Shown: piece by piece, positions 9,208-18,495 of the stretch | Layout: each line of letters opens with the position of its first letter | Numbering within the stretch: position 1 is the stretch's first letter | Assembly: GCA_045863335.1 (NCBI GenBank) | Contig: BTVY01000009.1 | Location: forward strand, 80,723 to 144,722 | DNA length: 64,000 bases | Origin: Candidatus Hydrogenedentota bacterium | GTDB lineage: Bacteria > Hydrogenedentota > Hydrogenedentia > Hydrogenedentales > SLHB01 | Direction of reading: 5' to 3' | Position numbers and translations under genes: made by a program | The notes under the pieces: model-generated | What the model saw: only the letters and a program-made list of their open reading frames with translations | The model's database searches: none | Told to the model about the DNA's origin: nothing

Positions 9208-9659
9208 AACCGGAACCCGTACCACGTCGTGATTTTCTTAATCTGGCCGGCCTCGGCACGGCCGCGATCGCGCTGCTGGCATCGGTAATAGGAATGGTGC
9301 GATTGCCGAAGCCGCGTGTCAGCCCGGAAGCGGCGAGCCGCTTTCGCGCCGGCAAACCCGCCGAATTCCCTCCGGGGACCGTGAAGGTATTTGCCGATCA
9401 AAAAGTCCGGGTACACGCCACGGACCAGGGCGTTGCGGCGGTCTCGCTGGTATGCACGCACTTGGGCTGCATTGTCGGTGAGAGCCCGGAAGGATTTCTG
9501 TGCCCTTGTCATGGGTCAAGGTTCAATCATGACGGCGATGTGATCGGAGGTCCCGCGCCTCGCGGTTTGCGGTGGTTGGAGGTCTCCCAGGCACCTGACG
9601 GGACTCTAGTAATTGACACCGCAACGGAAGCCCAACCGGGCGAGTACTACACCGCGTAA
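9192..9659 (+). CDS. Rieske [2Fe-2S] subunit of a Rieske/cytochrome b complex
   Basis: Tat anchor PRRDFL plus TM helix; CTHLGC and CPCHGS boxes; GPAPRGL; ATG at 9192. Confidence 0.93.
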   Translation: MPGRLEPEPVPRRDFLNLAGLGTAAIALLASVIGMVRLPKPRVSPEAASRFRAGKPAEFPPGTVKVFADQKVRVHATDQGVAAVSLVCTHLGCIVGESPEGFLCPCHGSRFNHDGDVIGGPAPRGLRWLEVSQAPDGTLVIDTATEAQPGEYYTA

Positions 9660-9673
9660 CGGGAGAGTAGTTT

Positions 9674-11221
9674 ATGGCATCCACGGGCCTCGATGCATTT
9701 TGGGAAAACCTGAAATCGTTGCCACGCGCGCTGCGTGGCGCGAGCATTCGCCATGGCGCGCCCACGTCCGACCGCACACGGTCACAGGCGGTGTTCAGCA
9801 ATTTCTTTCTACACATTCACTCCACACGCGTGCATCCCCACAGCCTCCGAACGACGACGACTTGGGCCCTTGGCGTGTCGCTGGCGTCCCAGTTTGTGAT
9901 ATTGGCCGCGACGGGCGTCCTTCTGATGGTGTATTACAAACCATCGGTCGACTTAGCCTACGACTCCATAAAGGATTTGCACTATGTCGTGCCGACCGGC
10001 CGGTTTATCCGCAACATCCACCGGTGGGCCGCGCATCTTATGGTAATCACGGTCATCCTCCACATGGCGCGCGTCTTCTATACGGCCGCCTACAAATCCA
10101 CGCGCGAGTTCAATTGGTTGATCGGCATGGCCCTGTTTGTTTTGACACTCGCGTTCTCGTTCACAGGCTACCTTCTGCCGTGGGATCAACTGGCGTATTG
10201 GGCGGTAACGATCGGCGCTAATATCGCCGCTTCGCCGAATGAACTGGCTGATGCGATGAGTTTGCCTGCGGTTTTTCGCTTGGGCGATTTACAGCGCGAA
10301 TTGCTGCTCGGCGCTTCGACGGTCGGTGAGGATGCATTGATACGCTTTTACGTGCTCCACGTCATTGTTCTGCCCATCCTGGTCGCCATGTTGATGGGGG
10401 TTCATTTCTGGCGTATCCGCAAGGACGGGGGACTAGCCCGTCCCGAAGGCACTCCCACACCTGCCGGAAAGGGTGTGTCGACGAGCGCACCGTCCACTCA
10501 GGCTCCCGAAAACGCCCCGACGAAGACTTACGGTCTCATGTGCGTGGTGCGAGGTCAATCACCCCATACCGATAAAGCCGTGGACGGAACCTGGCCGTCC
10601 TGGCCGTGCCTTCTTCGCGCGGAGTTACTTGTTTTCATGGCCACCATGCTGATTTGCGTCGCACTTGCTTTCTTCTTTGACGCGCCACTGCGAGAACAAG
10701 CCAACGCCGCCGTACCGGAAAACCCGGCCAAAGCGCCCTGGTACTTTCTCGGGCTTCAAGAGATGGTCTCGTACTCAGCCTTCGTCGGTGGTCTGGTGAT
10801 TCCGGCCATAACCGTTCTGGGGCTGGGGCTAATCCCGTTTCTCGACCGGGAACCCGAACCGGCGGGTGTCTGGTTTAGTGGCCGCCGAGGCCGCCGGGTG
10901 ACGTTGACTTCGCTTCTGTTCGGAGCTATCGGCGCAGTGCTCTCTGTCGCCGTCCCGGTGCGGTATGGATGGGTGCGAAACTGGTTTCCGGATATTTCCC
11001 AATTGGCCGTCATCGTCTTCAATCCGGGCAGTCTATTGATGGTCGCATACATGCTTTGGTCGATTGCGGTCATGCGGTGGACCCGCTCGACTCGCATGGG
11101 CGCCATTGCGCTGTTCACATGCTTCCTCGTGGGCTTCGTGATTCTCACCTACGTGGGCACTTATTTGCGCGGGCCCAATTGGGGGTTCTACTGGAGCCAG
11201 GCAAGTTGGCCGGTTCACTAA
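9674..11221 (+). CDS. Cytochrome b (b6-like N-terminus fused to subunit-IV-like domain plus extra TM helices)
   Basis: Heme ligands H-x13-H (RNIH...VILH) and H-x14-H (YVLH...MGVH), FTGYLLPWDQ, NPAKAPWY at the PEWY position. Confidence 0.93.
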   Translation: MASTGLDAFWENLKSLPRALRGASIRHGAPTSDRTRSQAVFSNFFLHIHSTRVHPHSLRTTTTWALGVSLASQFVILAATGVLLMVYYKPSVDLAYDSIKDLHYVVPTGRFIRNIHRWAAHLMVITVILHMARVFYTAAYKSTREFNWLIGMALFVLTLAFSFTGYLLPWDQLAYWAVTIGANIAASPNELADAMSLPAVFRLGDLQRELLLGASTVGEDALIRFYVLHVIVLPILVAMLMGVHFWRIRKDGGLARPEGTPTPAGKGVSTSAPSTQAPENAPTKTYGLMCVVRGQSPHTDKAVDGTWPSWPCLLRAELLVFMATMLICVALAFFFDAPLREQANAAVPENPAKAPWYFLGLQEMVSYSAFVGGLVIPAITVLGLGLIPFLDREPEPAGVWFSGRRGRRVTLTSLLFGAIGAVLSVAVPVRYGWVRNWFPDISQLAVIVFNPGSLLMVAYMLWSIAVMRWTRSTRMGAIALFTCFLVGFVILTYVGTYLRGPNWGFYWSQASWPVH

Positions 11222-11236
11222 TCGGGGTTACATAAC

Positions 11237-12775
11237 GTGCAGAATCAAATCGATCACAGCCGGATGAATCAACGCTTCAAGTGGTGGCTGTTGGTGGTCA
11301 GTGTGTTGACGACTGCCATTCTCATCGTCGCCGCATTGAGCGAAAATGTATTTGCTCCCTGGCGGATGATCCGCCAGGATTACGCGCGCGTCCTTGAGGA
11401 AAAGGCCACCGATGACCGCGGTAAAGCCATCGCCGGCCAATTTGAAGTCCGTATCGTCCAAAACGTATTGCCCGAACTGGCTACAATCGACCGCTGCATT
11501 ACGTGCCATCCCGGCATCGACGATCCACGCATGACGGATGCAAAACTTCCATTTCGGACCCATCCCGGCGACTACCTCATCCACCATCCGCCGGACAAAT
11601 TCGGTTGCACCGTGTGCCATCGTGGGCAAGGCCGCGCGCTCGTCTTTGAAGAGGCGAAGGCGGTAGGGCATCACTGGGACTATCCCTTGCTTCCCGCGAA
11701 TCTGACTCAGTCTTCCTGCGGGCTCTGTCATACGGACGAGGAGATTGCGAACGACGGCGGTGAGAAGTACGCGTTGGGAAAGGCGCTCTTCGATTCCAAA
11801 GGCTGCGTGGCTTGTCACAAGTTGAACGGCCGGGGCGGAAGTCTGGGTCCCGGACTCGATGGCGTCGGCCTGAAGGTCAGAGCCCAGCTTCCAATGGCGT
11901 CAGTGAAAGGGGACCACACGCTGCCGCAATGGCTCCTCGAACATTTTGAGGATCCGCAACGGGTCGTCGCAAATAGCCTCATGCGGCCGCCGCAGCTCAG
12001 CGCGGCAGAAAACGAAGCATTGACGATCTACATGCTGTCGCTCCAAGATCGCGATCTGCCGAAGAGCTATCTTTCGCCGCACAAGCACCGAGAATTCTAC
12101 GATCAGCACTTTCCCCAACCGCAATCCGGCGAAGATCTATTCAATCAGTACTGCGCGGTTTGCCATGACACGGGCGAATACGGCCGGTACGACAAGTTTT
12201 ACAAGAAGTTCATTCCGGCAATTCGTGGCTCGTCACTCGTACAGGCCGCGTCCGCCGAGTATTTCGATGAGAACATTCGAAGAGGCCGCCCCGGAACGTT
12301 GATGGTGCCTTGGAACACGGAAACAAGCGGATTGTCCGGCGAAGACTTATCCAAGATCACCGAATACTTGCGTAGCGCGCCTGTACCGGACGGTGAGAGA
12401 CTCGCCCCTGAACTTGAGCAGATTGCCGCCGATTCGAGTTTTCGGGCTGTGGGCGGCGTGTCACGCGGACTCGACCTGTTCCGGCGGCATTGTGTCGGTT
12501 GCCACGGTCCCGTCGGCGAGGGACAACTTGGTCCGGCGATCAATAACCCTGTGTTTCAGCAAACCGCAACGGACGGATTTCTCTTCGTAACCATCGCTGC
12601 CGGCCGCCGCAATACGGCCATGCCCGGTTTCCTCAACGAAGGGCAAGGCGGCTTAACAGAGGAAGACATTTCCAGCCTGGTCGCCTATGTTCGATCTCTT
12701 GGCGCCGAGCCAACATCGCAAGTAGCTGACGGGAATGTGGAGTCGAGCAACCCGGCGCTTGCCAGGAGTAACTAG
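11237..12775 (+). CDS. Membrane-anchored hexaheme cytochrome c
   Basis: N-terminal TM helix; six CxxCH motifs (CITCH, CTVCH, CGLCH, CVACH, CAVCH, CVGCH). Confidence 0.92.
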   Translation: MQNQIDHSRMNQRFKWWLLVVSVLTTAILIVAALSENVFAPWRMIRQDYARVLEEKATDDRGKAIAGQFEVRIVQNVLPELATIDRCITCHPGIDDPRMTDAKLPFRTHPGDYLIHHPPDKFGCTVCHRGQGRALVFEEAKAVGHHWDYPLLPANLTQSSCGLCHTDEEIANDGGEKYALGKALFDSKGCVACHKLNGRGGSLGPGLDGVGLKVRAQLPMASVKGDHTLPQWLLEHFEDPQRVVANSLMRPPQLSAAENEALTIYMLSLQDRDLPKSYLSPHKHREFYDQHFPQPQSGEDLFNQYCAVCHDTGEYGRYDKFYKKFIPAIRGSSLVQAASAEYFDENIRRGRPGTLMVPWNTETSGLSGEDLSKITEYLRSAPVPDGERLAPELEQIAADSSFRAVGGVSRGLDLFRRHCVGCHGPVGEGQLGPAINNPVFQQTATDGFLFVTIAAGRRNTAMPGFLNEGQGGLTEEDISSLVAYVRSLGAEPTSQVADGNVESSNPALARSN

Positions 12776-12776
12776 T

Positions 12777-15734
12777 ATGTCGCCATTGAAAGACCAGTCC
12801 AATGAACACGGGATCAGCCGCCGGCAATTGCTGAAAACGGGAGGATTGCTGGGCTTCGCGGCGCTGTTTCCACCAAGCGCCCGGGCCGCCCTCGAAGAAT
12901 TCGACATTGTCGATGTCAATCCGCTGGAGAACTATCCGTACCGCGGATGGGAAGATCTGTACCGCAAGCAGTTCACTTGGGACCGCGTCGTCCGCTCGAC
13001 CCATTCGGCGAACTGCACCGGGTCCTGCTCGTGGAAAGTGTACGTCAAGGACGGCGTCATGCTTCGCGAAGAACAGGCCGCCGACTATCCGCGGATCAGC
13101 GAAGATCTGCCGGACTACAATCCGCGTGGTTGTCAGAAGGGCGCGTGTTTCGTCGAGTACGTGTACGGCGCCCAGCGGCTCCGGTATCCCCTCATTCGAA
13201 TGGGCGAGCGGGGAGAGGGGAAGTGGCGCCGGGCCTCCTGGGATGAGGCTCTCCAGCTTATCGCGGAGAAGGTGCTCGACAACGTATACAATTATGGACC
13301 CGATACCAATACGTTCTTTTCGGTCATCCCGGCCATGTCCCCCGTATCGTTTTCGGCGGGATCGCGCCTGGCGCACTATCTGGGCGGCGTGTTTTGTTCG
13401 TTCTACGATTGGTACTGCGATTTGCCGCCGGGTGAGCCGATTACGTGGGGCGTACAAACCGAATCGTGCGAATGCGCCGACTGGTTTAATTCGAAATACA
13501 TCGTGCTATGGGGAAGCAATATCTGCCAAACGCGAATCCCCGACGCGCACTTCGCGTGGGAGGCGCGTTATAACGGCGCGCGAATTGCCTGCGTCTCGCC
13601 CGACTACAACAGCAGCGCCATTCACTGCGACCAGTATGTCCAGATTCAACCCGGCACGGACGCCAAGCTGGCACTTGCCGTTTGCCGCTGGCTGATTGAG
13701 AACAATCACATCGACGAGCCTTACGTGAAGATGCACACTGACCTGCCGCTACTCATTCGCACGGATACCCAACAGTTCTTGCGAGCTGAAGATCTGCCCG
13801 CCAACGAGCGTGGTGCTGTCCCCAACACGAGTTCCTGGTCAGGTGAGATTGCTTCGGAGGACGGGACGCCAGACCTTCAGGCGGTCTTCTATGTCTTCGA
13901 TCGCGTGGCCAACCGTATCGCGCAAGTGCCCGGCAGCATGGGCTCGCCCGCCCAGTCACTCGATCTTGGCGGCTTGGATCCAACGCTTGAAGGAACGTGG
14001 AATGTGACGTTGGCCGACGGAAGCGTCGTGCAGGTTACCACCGTGTTCAGTCGGCTCAAGGAAACACTGGCCTCATCGGACTATTCAGCGTCGGGCACGG
14101 CCCGATCCTGCGGTTTGACTGAACGAGATTTCCTCGAGTTCGCGAAGGGGTTTACACGAAAACCGGCAATGATTATTCACGGTGCCGGCACCAATCACTG
14201 GTATCACAACGACCTCTTGAATCGTGCCATGATACTGGTCGTGGCATTGACGGGAAACGTCGGCAAGAACGGCGGCGGGTTCAATCACTACGTGGGGCAG
14301 GAACGCATCTGGCCCGAGCATGGATTCAAGACGCTGGCATTTCCCGAGGGCGGCTCGAAGCAGCGGTTTCAGAACATGACCCTGTGGACGTATTGCCATA
14401 GCAAGCAGCATGACCCACACCCGATCAACGGCAAGCCGATCGAGCACTACATTCTGGACTCCGTCCGGAACGGATGGATGCCGCTGTGGCCGAAGAACGA
14501 TTGGGCAAGCCTCACTCCCGAGCAAATGCACGATCTACCCCGCAAGCCGCGCGCCTTATTCGTCTGGCGCGCGAACTATCTCAACCAGGCGAAAGGCAAT
14601 GAAGCAATTATTCGATCACTCTGGAAAGACCTGGATCTGATTGTCGACATCAATTACCGCATGGACACTACCGCGCTTTACAGCGACATCGTGTTGCCTG
14701 CTTCAACCTACTATGAGAAGACGGACCTCAACTCAACGGACTGCCATTCGTTTATGCATCCGTTCTCGAAAGTGCTGGACCCGCTGTTCGAGTCAAAGAC
14801 CGATTGGGACATCTTCGCTGCATTGGCAAAAAAAATTGAAGAAGTTGCGAGGTCGCAAGGGCTATCGCCGTATGAGGACCAGGCACTGGACTGGTCGCGG
14901 GACTTCTCCCAGTTGTATGCAGCCTGGTCCGCGCAGGGTTCTCTACAGACCGATGAAGAAGCCTGCAATTTCATCCTCGGTCATTCCCCGGAAACGCAAG
15001 GGATGACGTATCACGGCATACAAGACCAGCCCAAACGATTCGTTGGCATCGATGCGGAAGCGTGGAATAGCGAGGTCGAGGAAGGCCGCGCCTATGCGCC
15101 CTTCACCCATCAGATCGAGAAAAAGCGGCCCTGGCGGACACTGTCCGGAAGGCAACAGTTCTACATCGACCACCCCTGGTTTATTGATTTCGGCGAGCAG
15201 CTTCCTGTCCACAAAGAGCCCGTCGAGGATGTCGAGTACCCTCTATACTGGAACACGCCTCATGGCCGCTGGTCGATTCACTCAACCTGGCGCGACAACC
15301 GCTACATGCTTCGTCTCCAGCGCGGGTTGCCCATCGTGTACCTTCACCCCGACGACGCAACGGCGCGGGGAATTTCCGACAACGATTGGGTTCGGATATA
15401 CAACGGCGAAGGTGAAGCGATTGTACAGGCGAAGATACTGCCCGGCGAAAAGGCCGGTCGCCTCACCATGTACCACGGCTGGGAAAAGTTTCTCGGATTC
15501 CAAAACGGCGGCTGGCAGTCCCTCACGTACATCAAGATTAAACCGACTCAACTCATTGGTAAATATGGGCATTTGAATTTCAAACTGAACTACTGGGGAC
15601 CCACCGGGAACAACCGCGATATTCGAGTCGAGATCGCCAGGTATGACGGTCCTATTGCGGAATTCGAGCCGAACTCTCCGGCCGGATCGGAGTCGCGAGT
15701 CGATCCTCCGGTCGCGGGAACTAAGGTCTTATAA
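12777..15734 (+). CDS. narG: Tat-exported type II DMSO-reductase-family molybdoenzyme alpha subunit (periplasmic NarG-like)
   Basis: AGGAG RBS then ATG 12777; Tat SRRQLLK...ARA; FS0 motif HSANCTGSC...NPRGCQKG; FYDWYCDLP (Asp Mo ligand as in NarG); TPHGRWSIHS. Substrate not proven. Confidence 0.8.
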   Translation: MSPLKDQSNEHGISRRQLLKTGGLLGFAALFPPSARAALEEFDIVDVNPLENYPYRGWEDLYRKQFTWDRVVRSTHSANCTGSCSWKVYVKDGVMLREEQAADYPRISEDLPDYNPRGCQKGACFVEYVYGAQRLRYPLIRMGERGEGKWRRASWDEALQLIAEKVLDNVYNYGPDTNTFFSVIPAMSPVSFSAGSRLAHYLGGVFCSFYDWYCDLPPGEPITWGVQTESCECADWFNSKYIVLWGSNICQTRIPDAHFAWEARYNGARIACVSPDYNSSAIHCDQYVQIQPGTDAKLALAVCRWLIENNHIDEPYVKMHTDLPLLIRTDTQQFLRAEDLPANERGAVPNTSSWSGEIASEDGTPDLQAVFYVFDRVANRIAQVPGSMGSPAQSLDLGGLDPTLEGTWNVTLADGSVVQVTTVFSRLKETLASSDYSASGTARSCGLTERDFLEFAKGFTRKPAMIIHGAGTNHWYHNDLLNRAMILVVALTGNVGKNGGGFNHYVGQERIWPEHGFKTLAFPEGGSKQRFQNMTLWTYCHSKQHDPHPINGKPIEHYILDSVRNGWMPLWPKNDWASLTPEQMHDLPRKPRALFVWRANYLNQAKGNEAIIRSLWKDLDLIVDINYRMDTTALYSDIVLPASTYYEKTDLNSTDCHSFMHPFSKVLDPLFESKTDWDIFAALAKKIEEVARSQGLSPYEDQALDWSRDFSQLYAAWSAQGSLQTDEEACNFILGHSPETQGMTYHGIQDQPKRFVGIDAEAWNSEVEEGRAYAPFTHQIEKKRPWRTLSGRQQFYIDHPWFIDFGEQLPVHKEPVEDVEYPLYWNTPHGRWSIHSTWRDNRYMLRLQRGLPIVYLHPDDATARGISDNDWVRIYNGEGEAIVQAKILPGEKAGRLTMYHGWEKFLGFQNGGWQSLTYIKIKPTQLIGKYGHLNFKLNYWGPTGNNRDIRVEIARYDGPIAEFEPNSPAGSESRVDPPVAGTKVL

Positions 15735-15745
15735 GGAGCACACCG

Positions 15746-17047
15746 ATGTCGAAGCACCAATACGCCATGGTGATGGACCTCAACAAGTGCATCGGTTGCC
15801 AGACCTGCACGCTGGCGTGCAAGAAGCAGTGGACCGATGGCGACGGCATGGACTACATGTATTGGAATAACGTGGAGACCCATCCCGGCATCGGATATCC
15901 GCGCGGTTGGCACACGATCGGAGGCGGATTCGATGCGCGCCGTAACTTGCGGCCGTCTCCATTGCCGCCCAAAGAGGACTACGGCGAGGCATTCGAGTAT
16001 GACTACGGGCAACGCCTCTACGGCGGGCGGAACAAGCCCGTGATGCCGAACCGGCCGCCCACGTACACGCCAAACTGGGACGAAGACGTGGGCGGTTGGG
16101 ACAAGGACAATCCCTATTTCTTCTATTTGCCCCGAATCTGCAATCACTGCACCCATCCGGCCTGCCTCGAAGCGTGCCCGCGCAAAGCGATCTACAAGCG
16201 CACGGAAGACGGCATCGTGTTGATCGACCAGGAACGGTGCCGCGGATTCCGATACTGCATTAAGGCCTGCCCGTACAAGAAGATCTACTACAACGAAGTG
16301 ACCGGCAAGAGTGAAAAGTGTATCTTCTGTTATCCGCGCCTCGAAAAGGGCCAGGTCAACGCCTGCGCCGCTCAGTGTCCGGGTCGCATCCGGTTTGTCG
16401 GTCTCTTGGACGATCCCGAGTCTCCAGTGCACAAACTCGTATTGAAGTATCGTGTGGCGCTGGGCCTCTTTCCCGAAAAGGGCACCCATCCCAATGTTTT
16501 CTATGTGCCGCCCTTTAATCCCCCGAAAGCAGGGAGCGCGGGCAAGAGCATTCTCGAGGACCCGCGGCTGCCCCTGGACTACCTCATCTACCTGTTCGGT
16601 CCCGACGTTGTGCGCGTCATCCAATTCATGGAGGGAGAGCTGACGAAAGCACAGTCAGGTGGACAGAGCGAAGTGCTTCAATTGCTCATCGGACGAGACG
16701 CTTCCGTTCGATATCGCGTTGTTCCCGACATTGTGCGCGCGGCTGCAAACCGGGACGTGGCGCAGAAGATGGAGCAGTCGCCGGCGGGGGGGCCGCCTCA
16801 GGCGATTCTCGGAACGCCTGCTCAATCCGGTGTCAAACCGCCGCCGGCCAGGCACGCGCTCGGTTCCAAGCACGTCCCTCCCACGCCGGAGGTTGCGATG
16901 GCGTTTGGCGTTCCTGTAGACAATCCCGGCTCATCGTGCAACACATCGATAGGAGCGGGTTGCGCGGGCTGCGCTGCGCAAACGGCCTGTGGGGCCGCGC
17001 AAAAGGGACCGCGCCACCCAGGTGAGGAGGGAATGACATGGACGTAA
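15746..17047 (+). CDS. narH: Fe-S beta subunit (NarH-like) with Pro/Ala-rich linker and Cys-rich C-terminal extension
   Basis: DLNKCIGCQTCTLACK, CNHCTHPACLEACP, CRGFRYCIKACPY, KCIFCYPR...CAAQCP. Confidence 0.85.
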   Translation: MSKHQYAMVMDLNKCIGCQTCTLACKKQWTDGDGMDYMYWNNVETHPGIGYPRGWHTIGGGFDARRNLRPSPLPPKEDYGEAFEYDYGQRLYGGRNKPVMPNRPPTYTPNWDEDVGGWDKDNPYFFYLPRICNHCTHPACLEACPRKAIYKRTEDGIVLIDQERCRGFRYCIKACPYKKIYYNEVTGKSEKCIFCYPRLEKGQVNACAAQCPGRIRFVGLLDDPESPVHKLVLKYRVALGLFPEKGTHPNVFYVPPFNPPKAGSAGKSILEDPRLPLDYLIYLFGPDVVRVIQFMEGELTKAQSGGQSEVLQLLIGRDASVRYRVVPDIVRAAANRDVAQKMEQSPAGGPPQAILGTPAQSGVKPPPARHALGSKHVPPTPEVAMAFGVPVDNPGSSCNTSIGAGCAGCAAQTACGAAQKGPRHPGEEGMTWT

Positions 17048-17772
17048 TGCGTGCGATACTCGTAATGGCAATCGTGGGATTCGCCTCGGCTGCCGCCGAA
17101 CCAAATGCCGAAGATAAGGCGGCGTTGGAAATACCATCCGAAGCCGCTCCTGAGGTTTCCGTCGAGGAGCTGTTGGACGCGGACAATGCGGCGTGGCGTG
17201 CGGCTCCCGCATTTGCCGTCCATTTCAACCGAACCCCTCCTGTCTATGCGACCGACACGATGGACGACGGCGACCGTCCGTCGATGACCGTCCAGGTTCT
17301 GCGGCTGCCAAGCAATGACGTTGTATTTCGCGTTCAATGGCAGGACCCGACTGCCGATCAGGTGGCGAGCGGCGCCCGTTACCCGGATTCCGGAGAAGAC
17401 CACATTTACAAAAGCCATTCAACGGCAACGGATACATTCCCGGACGCCTTCTGCATTATGGTTCCCAAGCAACGCGGGCAGCATCTCTCGTATCCGTCCA
17501 TGATGATGGGCGAAGGAAGCAACCCTGTCGATCTCTATTATTGGAAGGCCGGAAAGGGATTCGAGCTTTTGAATGCCCATGGCCGCGCCACGACTGCCGC
17601 TGTCGCTGAGGAGGTTCGCGGTTCCGCGCGTCGTGCCGCCGATGATTGGACCGTGACCATGGCATTACCAAATCTGACCAGCCAAACTCCTGTTTGTTTC
17701 GCGCTCTGGAATGGAGACAAGGATCACCGGGACGGCCTGAAGTACTTTAGCTTGTGGTATGAGGTGGAGTGA
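17038..17772 (+). CDS. Periplasmic heme-b gamma subunit (EbdC/ClrC-like)
   Basis: Sec signal peptide, FPDAFCIM, SMMMG (Met ligand), FALWNG...RDGLK (Lys ligand); lies after alpha and beta. Confidence 0.8.
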   Translation: MDVMRAILVMAIVGFASAAAEPNAEDKAALEIPSEAAPEVSVEELLDADNAAWRAAPAFAVHFNRTPPVYATDTMDDGDRPSMTVQVLRLPSNDVVFRVQWQDPTADQVASGARYPDSGEDHIYKSHSTATDTFPDAFCIMVPKQRGQHLSYPSMMMGEGSNPVDLYYWKAGKGFELLNAHGRATTAAVAEEVRGSARRAADDWTVTMALPNLTSQTPVCFALWNGDKDHRDGLKYFSLWYEVE

Positions 17773-18410
17773 TGACAGACCTTGCCCATAAGGAAGTCGA
17801 AACAAGTCCCGACATGCTTCTTGAGTGCGCCATGGCTTGGAAATATCTGCACGATCTTTTTCACGGCCCCAGCCCCGAGCAGTGGCGTTGGCTTCAGTCT
17901 GAATCCGCACAGGCCGCATGGCGGCTTCTGGCACAGTGGACCGGGCTTGAGAACTACGCCACGTTGCCGCTTGCGAATTCCTACGACTCGTACGCCGGGG
18001 AATATGTGGCCGCCTTCGAGGTCGGTCTTCCAGAGCCCCCGTGCCCGCTCATCGAGTCCCACTGGAACAAGCGAGATCCGGTGCCAAAAGTGCTCCACGA
18101 GAATATGCTGTTCTACAAACAGTTTGGACTGGAACTTCGCTCGTCGAGCAATGAAACTGCCGACCACCTGCGCCACCAGTTGGAATTTGTGCATCACCTA
18201 TTCCGGATGGAGCGGGAAGCGGTCATCGGCAACCGCATGGAGCACGCGGACCAGTGCGCCAGGGCACGAATCGAGTACTTGAACCGCCATCTCGGGTTCT
18301 GGGTGCCTCGGGCGTACCTTGCACTCGACAAGAAAATGCCAGGTTCGTGGTGCGCCCAATGGATGTTTTTGCTTTCCCAGTTTTGCCAGGAATTCTGTAC
18401 GGAACACTGA
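17769..18410 (+). CDS. TorD/DmsD/NarJ-family molybdoenzyme maturation chaperone
   Basis: EYVAAF...CPLIES...FYKQFGL...ETADHLRHQLEF motif series. Confidence 0.88.
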   Translation: MMTDLAHKEVETSPDMLLECAMAWKYLHDLFHGPSPEQWRWLQSESAQAAWRLLAQWTGLENYATLPLANSYDSYAGEYVAAFEVGLPEPPCPLIESHWNKRDPVPKVLHENMLFYKQFGLELRSSSNETADHLRHQLEFVHHLFRMEREAVIGNRMEHADQCARARIEYLNRHLGFWVPRAYLALDKKMPGSWCAQWMFLLSQFCQEFCTEH

Positions 18411-18495
18411 CGCGGGAAAACCACGGCATTCGCTAGACCGCGTATGAATAACTGAGGATAAAGGACCTTCCTGCTACCGAATTCAAGGAGGAGTC

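Noticed and set aside
12777-15734. Assignment as Nitrospira/anammox-type nitrite oxidoreductase NxrA
   Set aside because: FS0 motif is H-x3-C-x3-C rather than C-x3-D-x3-C and the protein is shorter; reverse activity is not excluded
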